A program made the position numbers and the translations under genes. Shown in pieces: positions 31,701-40,829 of a DNA stretch of 64,000 bases. Source of the DNA: Limnothrix sp. BL-A-16 (lineage in GTDB: Bacteria; Cyanobacteriota; Cyanobacteriia; CACIAM-69d); NCBI GenBank assembly GCA_041937175.2, contig CP166615.1, positions 2,656,001 through 2,720,000 of the forward strand, written 5' to 3'. Within the stretch, counting starts at the first letter, position 1. Each line of letters begins with the position of its first letter. The notes under the pieces were generated by a model, which saw nothing but the letters and a program-made list of their open reading frames with translations, was not told where the DNA came from and made no database searches.

Positions 31701-33133
31701 GCATAAACTTTGGGCTGTTCGTTTTCGGGCAGGATTCGATCGAACGGTTGATTGATCATGTCTTCGGCGGTGTAGCCGAAGAGTTCGGTGGCGGCGCGGT
31801 TCCAGGTGATGATGCGCCCATCGGAGAGCCATTCAATGATGGCAACGGGAATGCGTTGCACCAGAGATGACCAGCGCTTTTTTGAGGACTGGAGGGCCTG
31901 TTCGGTGGCTTTGCGATCGGTTACGTCAAAAATCACCCCATCCAGCCACATCAGTTGTCGGTTGTGGTTGAAGCTGGGTTGTCCCTGTTCCACCACCCAA
32001 CGCAGTTCGCCGCTGACATGGCCGAGCCGATACTCGACGCGGTAGGGTTGCTGCTGGGCGATCGCGGCTTGAATTTCCGTCCACACTTGATCGCGGTCTT
32101 CGGGGTGGGTGAGGTCTTGCAGGGTGCGATTGCGATATTGGACGAAGGTTTCAGCCCGGTAACCGGTGAGATGTTCGATCGCCTCGCTGGCAAACAGCAA
32201 CGTCCGTTCCCGATCGCCCAAACAGCGATAGATCACGCCGGGGACGTTGGCCACCATGGTGCGGAAGCGTTCGTTGTTGTCTCGCAAGGCGGTGTCGGCC
32301 TGTTCTTGGGCCAAGCGCAACACGCGCCGCTCGGTGATGTCTTGGGCAACGGCGTAGATCAAATCCTGGGCCCGATCCCAAAAGAAATTCCAGCGAAACC
32401 AACGATAGGTGCCGTCTTTGCGCCGGTAGCGATTTTCCAGGACGCGGGTGGGAGTTCCTTGGGGTGAAAAGTGAGTTTCCGCCTGGGTGCGGGTGCGATC
32501 GTCCGGGTGAACGTAATCGGTGAAGGGCCGCCCGATCGCCTCTTCCCGCCAGCCCAAAACCTGATCCCAGGTTTCGTTGAGAAATTGAAATTCCCCTTGA
32601 CTGTTGATCGTGCAAAGGCAACTGCCCGATTGGATAAAAAGCTGTTTCCAGGCTTGCTCCATCACCACCCGATCGCTCACCACCCGCAGGGAAATGCAAA
32701 CCAGATTGCGTCCGGCATCGTTCGGCCCCAAGCCGCCATTGCCCCAGGGAGCCACCTCCCATTCCAACCAAAGGCCCGGATGGGTTGACCGTTCCAGCCA
32801 ATGGGGCTGTTCTGAGCGCACGGTTTGGCCCTGGCTGGCTCGGGCAATGGCCGGTCGCCAGAGGGCGGCCAGTTCTGGACAAAGGGTCATCACCGATTGG
32901 CCGGGGGGGGCTTCCGGCAGCGATAGGGCCGTTAACCAGGCTTGACTGGCAGCCCAATAGCTCCCTTGGTTGTCCACCAGGGCGATCGGCAGGGGCAACC
33001 CGGCCACAAGCTGTTGTAAAACTGCCTCAGGGGTTACGGGAGGTTCCAACGGTTGCGAAGTCGCCGTCACACAACCCTCCTTGCCACCGGCGGGTTGCGG
33101 ATCGCTAGATTGCGGAGCGTCGGGGTTGGTCAT
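28784..33133 (-). CDS. Cytoplasmic multi-PAS/GAF sensor histidine kinase
   Basis: About seven PAS/PAC repeats (VHPDDR, DITERK), a GAF domain, AHEINNP, HATPase; no TM segment. Confidence 0.92.
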   Translation of the reverse strand: MTNPDAPQSSDPQPAGGKEGCVTATSQPLEPPVTPEAVLQQLVAGLPLPIALVDNQGSYWAASQAWLTALSLPEAPPGQSVMTLCPELAALWRPAIARASQGQTVRSEQPHWLERSTHPGLWLEWEVAPWGNGGLGPNDAGRNLVCISLRVVSDRVVMEQAWKQLFIQSGSCLCTINSQGEFQFLNETWDQVLGWREEAIGRPFTDYVHPDDRTRTQAETHFSPQGTPTRVLENRYRRKDGTYRWFRWNFFWDRAQDLIYAVAQDITERRVLRLAQEQADTALRDNNERFRTMVANVPGVIYRCLGDRERTLLFASEAIEHLTGYRAETFVQYRNRTLQDLTHPEDRDQVWTEIQAAIAQQQPYRVEYRLGHVSGELRWVVEQGQPSFNHNRQLMWLDGVIFDVTDRKATEQALQSSKKRWSSLVQRIPVAIIEWLSDGRIITWNRAATELFGYTAEDMINQPFDRILPENEQPKVYALIADLMTGRGGSRFRNYNRTRDGRIILCEWQNAPLRNEQGDMIGCLSIATDITARIVAEDRLRQSEERYRCLVEAMGQTLWHTNADGEVTEPMPHWAHFTGQSFADYCGQGWLMAVHPDDRGYTQAAWQTARQQQQPYKIEHRLRRADGEYRYMVVRGVPVLEADGTIREWVGVDTDITERKQAEIRLMEQERTLRTVLDTAPLLIWLTDAQGRVRLANRPLCQTFGIEESTLLAANHYQDVLGEESCRVCLLSDQRCLTLGKTIQVEEQFPNAAGELRDFDVVKTPLRDHTGAITGLLLVAIDTTERKQIEREQQRLLAILEATTDFVGTTDIHGNLTYVNPAGCAMLGYSAEEILRLNIAQLLHPSERNRIQEQFPQLLQEGVWQGESLFCDRAGNPIPVSQVALVHYGRNGQVEYLSNVARNIAALKQVEQALRDSQHCLQRQVERERLINTLSTEIRKSIHGSKEQVIGFALEEIRLALGVDLATFALYDQQVSEQANQRVEEPSNQSVDQPIDQPTDQLTDQPINQTTLEAESATNSATEGLADGAWTVVAEARDPAIPSAIGTYHESQFGSLAAKVARMEVVQIDDVKQLPAQERLALSRTKVRSLLIVPVRIHSSRMVVISCSQISHQHQWQSDEVALVQAVVNQVAIAKNQADLFERTEMAAAEARAKAIALEQALQELRLTQTKLVQQEKMSSLGQLVAGVAHEINNPVNFIYGNLAHTEDYSRDLLRLVALYRDFYPDLEQPIADLIEEIDLDFLMIDLPKMLDSMKLGAERIKEIVQSLRIFSRMDEAEMKVVNIHEGLDSTLTILNGRMKPKNNRLGIEVIRDYGTLPEIECYAGQLNQVFMNILVNAIDTLEERDQQRSMAEMQANPSRIRIMTERRGEQAVIRIQDNGLGIPQEVQQRLFDPFYTTKPVGKGTGLGLSISYQIVTEKHGGTLICESAPGEGSTFEITIPLWQPNAPS

Positions 33134-33347
33134 GGGTGGAAATCTCGGAAGGCAGGCAAAACAGGCGAACAAAAACAGGCAAGCACAGGGCGGCATGAGC
33201 GGCCAACTTGACATTCTCTGTCGCGCAAGCCCCAGCAGCGATCGCTAGGATTGGGTCTAGCATAGAAAAGCTCGCAGGGATTGCCAGTGATCCGCAACCT
33301 TGCTGCTTTAGTCCCCCGCTGCTCTAGTCCCTGCACCGCCAGCCGTC

Positions 33348-35189
33348 ATGAAAAGTTTTTTACAACAAACAATCGCGAGCATTCTGGGAACGCTGGTTGG
33401 CCTCACGATCTTCGCAGGTGGCAGCCTCCTGGGACTCATTGGGTTGATTACTTTTTTGGCGGCCCTGTCCAGTTCCTCGGAGCCGGTGGCCCTCAAGGGG
33501 CGATCGATGTTGGCATTGGATCTATCGCTGGCGATTCGGGATGAGCCGGGCCAAGCAGAGGACTCGATCGATCGCTGGCTGAGCGATCGCCCGCGAACCA
33601 TTCCCCTTAGGGTGTTGCTAGACACCTTGGCCCAGGCGGCCAAAGACCGCCAAATCACCGGTCTTTACCTTTACGACAGTGCCGGAACGGGCCCGATCGC
33701 GGGCTATGCCACTCTCCGGGAAGTGCGGGAAGCCATTCTGGAGTTTCGGAAAAAAAAGCCGGTCATTGCCTATGGCACGGATTGGGACGAGCGTACCTAT
33801 TACCTAACATCCGCCGCCAATGAAACGCGGTTGCATCCGGCGGGAGGGCTGGAGTTCAACGGGTTGGCCGCCGAAAGCACCTTTTGGAGCGGGGCCCTTG
33901 AAAAATACGGCATTGGGGTGCAGTTTGTGCGGGCCGGAAAGTTCAAGTCGGCGGTGGAACCCTTTGCTCGTCGGGATTTCAGTCCTGAGAACCGGGCCCA
34001 AACGGCGGCATTGCTTCAGGATTTGTGGCAAACGGTGCTGACGGCTGCGGGTCAAAGTCGCAAACAGTCGATCGCCCAGTTGCAAGCGATCGCTGATCAA
34101 GGAGGATTGCTGCGTTCCGATCAGGCGGTGAAGCTGGGTTTGGTCGATCGCCTGGCCTATGACGACCAGGTGATTGAACGGGTGCTGAAGCTGGCCGATC
34201 GAGAAGACAACAAGCCCACCTTCCAGCGGGTTTCGGTCGCTGACTATGCGCGCCAGGTGGGAACCGTGGAAGCGGCCCAAAGCAAACTGGGCGATCGGCG
34301 CAAAAACGCAACGGGCCAGGAAATTGCCTTGCTCTATGCCACGGGCACGATGGTGACCCAAACCACGGACGGCGATCGGGATTTGATGAATGGCTCCGCG
34401 ATCGCCACGGAACTGCGGAAGTTGCGTAAAAACGAGGATGTCAAGGCGATCGTTTTGCGGATTGACAGTCCCGGCGGCAGCGCCACCGCCGCTGACATCA
34501 TTGCTCGGGAAGTGTCCTTGGCGGCTAAAGACAAGCCGGTGATTGTCTCCATGGGAGATGTGGCCGCCTCTGGCGGCTATTGGATTGCCGCGCCGGCCAC
34601 GGAAATTTGGGCAGAACCCACCACCATTGCCGGATCGATCGGGGTGTTTGGCCTGCTGCCCAATATTCAAAAACTGGGCGAGAACAATGGGGTGAATTGG
34701 GATTCGGTCACCACGGCTCCCTTTGCCAACATCGGTTCCGTGACCCGCAGCAAAACACCCGCCGAGCTGGCCCTGCTGCAATCATCCGTGGACTGGACCT
34801 ACGATCGATTTTTGGATCATGTGGCCCAGTCCCGATCGCTCGATCGGGCCAAGGTGGAAGAGTTGGCCCAGGGGCGAATTTGGTCGGGCAAGGCCGCAGC
34901 GGATTTGGGCTTGGTCGATCAGTTAGGGGGCTTAGATCAGGCGATCGCCGCCGCCGCCAAGGCCGCCAAGCTGGGGAAAGACTGGGTGTTGGCGGAATAT
35001 CCGCGCCGGGAACCCTTTGGCCTCAGTTGGTTAGAGGATAAAAGCCAAGCCCTTTGGAGTCAGTTGGGCTGGAGCCAGTCCCCCTTGATTGCGCGATCGC
35101 TGGCTCAGTTACCGTCGCAATTGTGGCTCTTGAATGACGATCCTCGATCGACCTACGTTTGGTGGCCCGATCGGCTGGAGATTCGCTAG
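33348..35189 (+). CDS. sppA: Signal peptide peptidase SppA, long (67K) type
   Basis: GKFKSAVEP, LRIDSPGGS, SMGDVAASGGY, GSIGV, AQGRIWSG. Confidence 0.95.
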   Translation: MKSFLQQTIASILGTLVGLTIFAGGSLLGLIGLITFLAALSSSSEPVALKGRSMLALDLSLAIRDEPGQAEDSIDRWLSDRPRTIPLRVLLDTLAQAAKDRQITGLYLYDSAGTGPIAGYATLREVREAILEFRKKKPVIAYGTDWDERTYYLTSAANETRLHPAGGLEFNGLAAESTFWSGALEKYGIGVQFVRAGKFKSAVEPFARRDFSPENRAQTAALLQDLWQTVLTAAGQSRKQSIAQLQAIADQGGLLRSDQAVKLGLVDRLAYDDQVIERVLKLADREDNKPTFQRVSVADYARQVGTVEAAQSKLGDRRKNATGQEIALLYATGTMVTQTTDGDRDLMNGSAIATELRKLRKNEDVKAIVLRIDSPGGSATAADIIAREVSLAAKDKPVIVSMGDVAASGGYWIAAPATEIWAEPTTIAGSIGVFGLLPNIQKLGENNGVNWDSVTTAPFANIGSVTRSKTPAELALLQSSVDWTYDRFLDHVAQSRSLDRAKVEELAQGRIWSGKAAADLGLVDQLGGLDQAIAAAAKAAKLGKDWVLAEYPRREPFGLSWLEDKSQALWSQLGWSQSPLIARSLAQLPSQLWLLNDDPRSTYVWWPDRLEIR

Positions 35190-35202
35190 GCAAGCCACCG
35201 TT

Positions 35203-35271
35203 AACCGGGCAGATCACCGGGAAAAGAATGAACCGGGAAAATAACTAACCAGGAGAATAATTAACCGGGAA
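35203..35271 (+). repeat. Degenerate direct-repeat array, ~16-bp period
   Basis: ACC(G/A)GG at 35204, 35216, 35232, 35248, 35264. Confidence 0.6.
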
Positions 35272-35452
35272 GCAGCCCCAGCAACCTTGCCACCCAACGG
35301 CTCAACTTCAACATTTTGTTGCTAACTGCAACCGAGACAGACATCTGCACAGGCCGCCCGCGATCGAGATGGAATAATGGAGCCGGGCTAGGCAGCCCGA
35401 CCCAAACGGGAGGCCGCCACAAGCGAACACCAAAAAAGGGCGAGCGAGAAGC

Positions 35453-37264
35453 ATGAAGGGGCGCGCGTTTTTTTCAATTTTGGCGGCGATCGCAATTTCG
35501 CTGGTGGCGGCCGGGGCCGCCGGAGCCGTTTGGATTGCCACCCACAGCCCCCTGGGCTTGTTGGACGGTGTGGCTAATGCTCAGCCCGAAGCCGCTGTCA
35601 TGATCCCCAAACAGGCTCCGGCCATGGTTTCGTTGTTGGTGAACCCCGATCGCGTGGAGGCCCTGCGCCAAGCGATCGCGCCCTTAGGTCGGCGGAGGGC
35701 AGCCCGCCACGAATGGCAACAGGCCCGCGATGCCTGGCTCACCAGCAGCGGCCTAACCTACGATCGCGATGTGCAGCCCTGGTTAGGGGATGAAGTGACC
35801 CTGGCAGTGACCACCGTGGACATCGATCGCGATCCCAACAATGGCCGAGAACCGGGCTATTTGCTGGCGGCGGCGGCTAACGACCCCGATCGGGCCCGGG
35901 AGTTCTTGCAACTGTTCTGGCAAAAGCAAGCCCTGAACGGCATTAACCTGATTTTTGAGCAATACAAGGGCGTAAAAATCGTCCATGGGGAAGCGTTAGA
36001 TCTGATTCCGCGCGGTTGGGCCAAACGCCTGGCCCAGGGCGGCCGAGTTTCGACCCAAACGGACTTGGCCACGGCCCTGGTGGCCGATCGCTTCGTGCTG
36101 GCCGCCAACGATCCCAAAGTCCTGCGGGATGCCATCAACAACATCCAAGCGGCTGACCTGAGCCTGTTGCGGGAACCAGACTATCAACGGGAACTGGCAG
36201 CGCTCCCGCCCGATCGCCTGGCGATCGCCTACGTGAACCCCATGGCCTTGGGTGAACTCCTGGAACCCGCCACCGCCACCCGCCGCCGATCGAAAGCACT
36301 GTTACCCGCCGAGTGGTTGGCGGCCCTGCCGGCCCACAGCGCCACTTTGTCCCTGAAGGCCGAGCGATCGGGCTTGGTCACGGAGGCCGCTTGGGTGGCG
36401 GCCGATGGTCTGACCCTGGTGGCGACCGAATCTCCCCTGACGGAACCCGCCACCGCCACCCGCTACTTGCCCAGCACCGCCACCATTGCCCTCAGCGGCA
36501 AAAACCTGCAACAACTCACCCAACAGTGGCAGCAAATCTTGGGCGACGGCCCCATCGCCCAGGCGATCGCCCCGCTACTGAGTCAGGTGGAAACCAGTTC
36601 GGGGCTAAATTTGCAAAACGACCTTTTGGCCTGGAACACCGAAGATTTTGCCCTGGGCTTAATTCCCGTGGAAGTGGGCGATCGGGCAGCGGAGCGGGCC
36701 TTGGGTGAATTTCCCGGCGATTGGGTCTTTGTGGCCCGCCGCACCCCCGAAACCACCGCCGCGCTCGATCGGATTGATGCCCTGGCCAAACAACAGGGCC
36801 TCACCCTCGGAACCCTGAACTTGGACAGCGACCAACTGGCCACCGTTTGGACGCAACTGATCGCACCGTCCAGCGCCGGTCTGATGGGTTGGCGCAATGC
36901 GGGTCAAGTTAGCACCCAAGTGCAAGGGGCCCGGGCCACGGTGGGAGACTACGAAATTTTGGCCACCTCCGTGCCCGCCTTGGCCGCAGCAGTGCAAGCG
37001 GGGCGCGATGAAACGACCTCCCTCCTGGGCGATCACCTCTGGCAATCGGTCACCACCACCCTGCCTGTTCCCAACGATGGCAACGTCACCCTGAGTTGGC
37101 CGGCTGCCCGCCCGGTGGTGCGCCGCTTGATCCCCCTGTTCCGGTTGGTGGAAGTGCCCCTGCGGCCCCTGTTCGATCGCCTCGATCGCCTGAGTTTCAC
37201 CAGCGAAGGCGGCCCTGAAAATCTTCGCCGCTTCTCCCTGTTTGCTCACTGGACGAGCTGGTAA
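35453..37264 (+). CDS. DUF3352-like cyanobacterial exported protein
   Basis: N-terminal TM, P.AA..IPKQAP..VSLLVNPD, Y.RDVQPWLGDEVTLAVTT.D.DRDP.NG..PGYL. Confidence 0.8.
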   Translation: MKGRAFFSILAAIAISLVAAGAAGAVWIATHSPLGLLDGVANAQPEAAVMIPKQAPAMVSLLVNPDRVEALRQAIAPLGRRRAARHEWQQARDAWLTSSGLTYDRDVQPWLGDEVTLAVTTVDIDRDPNNGREPGYLLAAAANDPDRAREFLQLFWQKQALNGINLIFEQYKGVKIVHGEALDLIPRGWAKRLAQGGRVSTQTDLATALVADRFVLAANDPKVLRDAINNIQAADLSLLREPDYQRELAALPPDRLAIAYVNPMALGELLEPATATRRRSKALLPAEWLAALPAHSATLSLKAERSGLVTEAAWVAADGLTLVATESPLTEPATATRYLPSTATIALSGKNLQQLTQQWQQILGDGPIAQAIAPLLSQVETSSGLNLQNDLLAWNTEDFALGLIPVEVGDRAAERALGEFPGDWVFVARRTPETTAALDRIDALAKQQGLTLGTLNLDSDQLATVWTQLIAPSSAGLMGWRNAGQVSTQVQGARATVGDYEILATSVPALAAAVQAGRDETTSLLGDHLWQSVTTTLPVPNDGNVTLSWPAARPVVRRLIPLFRLVEVPLRPLFDRLDRLSFTSEGGPENLRRFSLFAHWTSW

Positions 37265-37377
37265 ACCCGATCGGGCGATCGGGTCGCGGCCCCATCCCGC
37301 CCTGGTCTTGTCTCGAAACTCAGTTTCCGAGCAACGGCCAACCGGCCAACAGGAAAAAATCAACACACAAAAATCAT

Positions 37378-37416
37378 GGAGGGGCGATCGATTAGCTCGA
37401 TCGCCCCTCCTCTTTT
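37378..37416 (+). terminator. Rho-independent terminator after the DUF3352 gene
   Basis: GGAGGGGCGATCGA-TTAGC-TCGATCGCCCCTCC followed by TCTTTT. Confidence 0.8.
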
Positions 37417-37444
37417 CACTGAGTCAATAGACCTCTTGCACGAA

Positions 37445-37900
37445 TCAAATTGGATGTGCCGCTTGGTAGTTGAGCAACCCAGCTAACAGATGGAGCCTCA
37501 AGCCAAAACGGCGACGACGATTGCGATAGCGTTCTGAGAAGATCCGAAATCGCTTCAAGCGACGAATGGCGTGCTCAATCCGAATGCGCACCGCCGCTAA
37601 CGCCTGATTGCAAGCTTTTTCCTCGTCAGGCAGGCACTTTCGAGGTGGTTTCCGTTTCGGAAGGATCGTGGCTTCATGGTGACGAGCTAGCCCTTGATAC
37701 CCACTATCCGCTAGACACAGCCGGTCTGGGGCTAGGCGAAACGCGCTCTCACGCCAAAGTCGCAGGTCATGGGTGCGACCTCGACCGATTGCCACCGCTA
37801 GGAATTGACCGGAGCGCCAATCAATCACCAATTGCCCTTTCAACGTATGCCGCTTTTGCTTACCGCTGTAGTAAGCTCGCTGTTTTTTTTGGGCGTTCAA
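37445..37900 (-). CDS. Transposase orfB (rest of the DDE domain), reached by frameshift
   Basis: YYSGKQKRHTLK, HDL, ADSGYQG, RIRIEH, ERYRNRRRRF. Confidence 0.85.
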   Translation of the reverse strand: MNAQKKQRAYYSGKQKRHTLKGQLVIDWRSGQFLAVAIGRGRTHDLRLWRESAFRLAPDRLCLADSGYQGLARHHEATILPKRKPPRKCLPDEEKACNQALAAVRIRIEHAIRRLKRFRIFSERYRNRRRRFGLRLHLLAGLLNYQAAHPI

Positions 37901-38273
37901 TGGCGACTTCGGTCACATCAATCACCACCACTGACTCGTCGGTTTCGGGGTCTAAGAGACGGCGTTTGCCGGGCAAGGCAAACCGACCACTTTTGACCAA
38001 GACGGTCTCAACACGGTTGATGATCCGACAGACGGTGGCTTCTGAGACCCCGAAATCGAGACCGATGTGGAATTGGGTGCGATACTCGCGCCAGTATTGC
38101 AGGGTTAGCAGAAGCTGATTCTCAACACTCAGACTATTTTGGCCCCCGCGTTTGCCACTCCGGTCTAGGGCGGGGCGGAGGACTTCCAGCATGGCTTGGA
38201 AGGTGGAGCGACTGAAGCCACAGGCACGGCGAAACTGTGATGGGGGCAGCGAGGCGAGGCTTTTGTAGAGCAT
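37860..38273 (-). CDS. Transposase orfA (HTH and first D of the DDE motif)
   Basis: LLLTLQYWREYRTQFHIGLDFGVSEATVCR, VVIDVTE. Confidence 0.85.
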   Translation of the reverse strand: MLYKSLASLPPSQFRRACGFSRSTFQAMLEVLRPALDRSGKRGGQNSLSVENQLLLTLQYWREYRTQFHIGLDFGVSEATVCRIINRVETVLVKSGRFALPGKRRLLDPETDESVVVIDVTEVAIERPKKTASLLQR

Positions 38274-38343
38274 CTCCCGATCAGGGTGACGACGACTTTC
38301 TACACTACTGCTTTATTCGTGCAAGAGGTCTAATTACTCATTA

Positions 38344-38570
38344 CACCTCTTTCACGAAAACCCCTTTCCTCCAGATCGGCCAATCAACGATCATTTTGTA
38401 GGTTGGGTTGAGGCACGAAACCCAACAACAGCAAGGTTCGTAGTGATCAAGTTGGGTTTCGCAAAGCTCAACCCAACCTACCGGAGAACCAAGCATTTGA
38501 GCGTTTTGTCAGTCAATCAGCAATCTTGGAAAGGGATTTAGGATCAGAATCGTGATTGATGCAAGAGGTC
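38344..38570. mobile_element. Composite MITE with ends related to the adjacent IS, containing a REP doublet
   Basis: Degenerate left end TACACCTCTTTCACGAA; right end TGCAAGAGGTCTA; inner CCCTTTCC..AGAT / ATCTTGGAAAGGG arms. Confidence 0.6.
38398..38481. repeat. GTAG-family REP doublet (REPIN-like)
   Basis: GTAGGTTGGGTTGAGGCACGAAACCCAAC ... GTTGGGTTTCGCAAAGCTCAACCCAACCTAC. Confidence 0.85.
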
Positions 38571-38615
38571 TATTGATTCAATCAACCCGCGCTCACTCAA
38601 CCCGCAAACATTGCC

Positions 38616-40022
38616 CTAGGACAACGCTTCCAGATAATCCCGTACCTGGTTGCGATGGCGCGGTTGGCGCAGTTTTTGCAAGGCCTTCGCCTCAATTTGC
38701 CGCACCCGCTCCCGTGACAAGTCCAGCGCCCGCCCAATTTCCGCCAAGGAATAGGGGCTGCTGTGGCCCAAGCCAAACCGCATTTGAATCACATCCCGCT
38801 CGCGGCTGGTCAGTTGTGCCAACAGTTGTTGCAAATCCCGTTGCAACGACTCCCGCATCAGGTTCTCTTCCGGCGAAGCGCTATCCGCCTCCAGCAAATC
38901 CCCCAACTCGGTGTCCTTATCCTTGCCCACCTTCGTTTCCAGCGAAACGGCCCGGGGCACGCGCATCAACACCTCGCGCACCTGGGCAGGGGTCATATCC
39001 AACTCAGCGGCCACATCATCAAGGGTGGCCGTGCGGCCCTTGGCTTGGGAAATTTTCCGTTGGGCCTTCTTGATTTTGTTCAGCTTCTCGGTGATATGCA
39101 CCGGCAGCCGAATGGTGCGGCTTTGGGTGGCGATCGCCCGAGTAATGCCCTGGCGAATCCACCAATAGGCATAGGTGCTGAAACGATAACCCTTGGTGGG
39201 ATCAAACTTCTCAACGGCCCGCTCCAGGCCCAAGGTTCCTTCTTGGATCAAATCCAGCAGTTCCAAACCCCGGTTTTGATACTTCTTGGCCACGGACACC
39301 ACCAGGCGCAAGTTGGCCTTGATCATCCGCTCCTTGGCCCGCGTGCCTTGGGTTTGGATGTCTTCCAACTCCGCCAGGGTCAGTTGGGCAACGGCGGCCC
39401 AGCGGTTTTTGCCCTTGTTCAAATCAGCCTTCAGTTCCGGCACTGTCACACCGGCTTCGCGGGCCCAACGCTCGATCGAGGGGCGATGGCCCAGGGTGGC
39501 GCAAAGGCGATCGCGCACAGCCACCAAGTTCACCAACCGTTCCAGTTGCGGTTCCTCGGGGCAGGCGGCCGTTTCCCGCAGCCGCAACAGTTGCATGTAT
39601 CGCTGCACCTTTTGGGCTTCGGTCACTTCCTCGTCCCGACCCAACAGCCGCACACGCCCAATTTCTTGGAGATACAGACGCACGAGATCGGTGGTTCTGC
39701 GGCGATCGCGCCGGCCATCCTGGGCCAAGGCCGCCTTTACGTCCTCATCCTCTTCCTCAAGGCGATCGGCCCCGAGGTCATCTGTGCCCAACTCTTCAGC
39801 GCTCAAATCATCTACGCCCAAATCTTCAACCTCAAATCCCGAACCACTCAGCTCACTTTCCAGGGTCGTTTCGTCAAAATCCTGGTCTCCGGAATCAAGG
39901 GATTCTTCGGAGCGATCTTCTTGATCATCCATCAGGCCACTGGACAACTCAGGCGACAAATCGATCGGCGATTTACTAAAGAATTGATCTGAATCGAAAA
40001 AGTTGATAGGCATAGCAGTCAT
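38616..40022 (-). CDS. sigC: Group 2 RNA polymerase sigma factor SigC
   Basis: TDLVRLYLQEIGRVRLLGRDEEVTEAQKVQRY, ANLRLVVSVAKKY, DLIQEG, FSTYAYWWIRQ, SRERVRQIE; long acidic N-terminus. Start uncertain. Confidence 0.85.
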   Translation of the reverse strand: MTAMPINFFDSDQFFSKSPIDLSPELSSGLMDDQEDRSEESLDSGDQDFDETTLESELSGSGFEVEDLGVDDLSAEELGTDDLGADRLEEEDEDVKAALAQDGRRDRRRTTDLVRLYLQEIGRVRLLGRDEEVTEAQKVQRYMQLLRLRETAACPEEPQLERLVNLVAVRDRLCATLGHRPSIERWAREAGVTVPELKADLNKGKNRWAAVAQLTLAELEDIQTQGTRAKERMIKANLRLVVSVAKKYQNRGLELLDLIQEGTLGLERAVEKFDPTKGYRFSTYAYWWIRQGITRAIATQSRTIRLPVHITEKLNKIKKAQRKISQAKGRTATLDDVAAELDMTPAQVREVLMRVPRAVSLETKVGKDKDTELGDLLEADSASPEENLMRESLQRDLQQLLAQLTSRERDVIQMRFGLGHSSPYSLAEIGRALDLSRERVRQIEAKALQKLRQPRHRNQVRDYLEALS

Positions 40023-40781
40023 AGTCTCTACCGCTCCGAAGATGCGCATGAATCAAGCGAGTCCAACACCCTCAATGCGCCAGTTGCTGCATAGCTATCG
40101 ATCTATCGCCGCATGGGTTCGTTTTTAAGCCTGGATCGCCAGTGCGCGCGGCCGGAATAGGGATCGATGGGAAGCTGCCCTGATGCTAACTATCGTAGTG
40201 AGGCTCCTCTGAATGCTCAGTGACCGAAGCGGCGTTCTCGAACAATCTTCGTCACGGAGCGCTAGTTAGCCGGATCGCCATTACGGTCGATAATCGATCG
40301 CCATCCTGTGTGATCTCGATCGCTGGTAGGAACCTCCGTCCACAAATTCACCCCTAAGATGTAGTTATCGTGGATTGTTCCCGGGATGACGGTCTCCCAA
40401 GAATGTCTTAAGACTTCTTTGGATTTTGTCTGAACTTTTACAAAAAAAGATAAATTTTGTAAATTGCAATACCAGCAATTTTAGGAATTAATTAGGAATT
40501 AATACTGATCAACTATCAATTAAAGACTAATGCCCATAACCCTGAAATTCGATTGAGCCATAGGGGTTAAGACTCTGATTTCATCATAATTGTCAGTCAT
40601 AGGTCAATGAATGGTTGATGAATGACCCCTTGATTATTGATTGATGATGATTCTCAATTTCAAAAGACTTCATTAACTTGAGTGAACTGGCTTTGGCTGA
40701 CACGATCAGGGTTATGGATTTTTGTATTGATTTTTAACTAATTTTGATCGAACCACAAAGAATTTATAACCCCAAAGTCAT

Positions 40782-40807
40782 GGGGTGATCTTGACCCAGA
40801 TCACCCC
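40782..40807. terminator. Hairpin downstream of the BCD transporter gene
   Basis: GGGGTGATCT-TGACCC-AGATCACCCC. Confidence 0.55.
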
Positions 40808-40829
40808 TCGCCGGAAGACAAGCCCCGGT

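Larger units (their letters stand above)
37430..38330 (-). mobile_element. Insertion sequence, IS5 family (ISL2/IS702-like group), ~901 bp
   Basis: TIRs GACCTCTTGCACGAAT / ATTCGTGCAAGAGGTC, each flanked by TA; two overlapping transposase ORFs. Confidence 0.9.

Noticed and set aside
33750..33757. A8 run inside sppA as a recoding site
   Set aside because: The gene is intact in one frame (FRKKKP); this shows an A run alone is not evidence of recoding.
30755..34781. Long ORFs 30755-31870 (+) and 33804-34781 (-)
   Set aside because: Antisense shadows of the PAS kinase and sppA.
38763..39992. 409-aa plus-strand ORF
   Set aside because: Antisense shadow of sigC.
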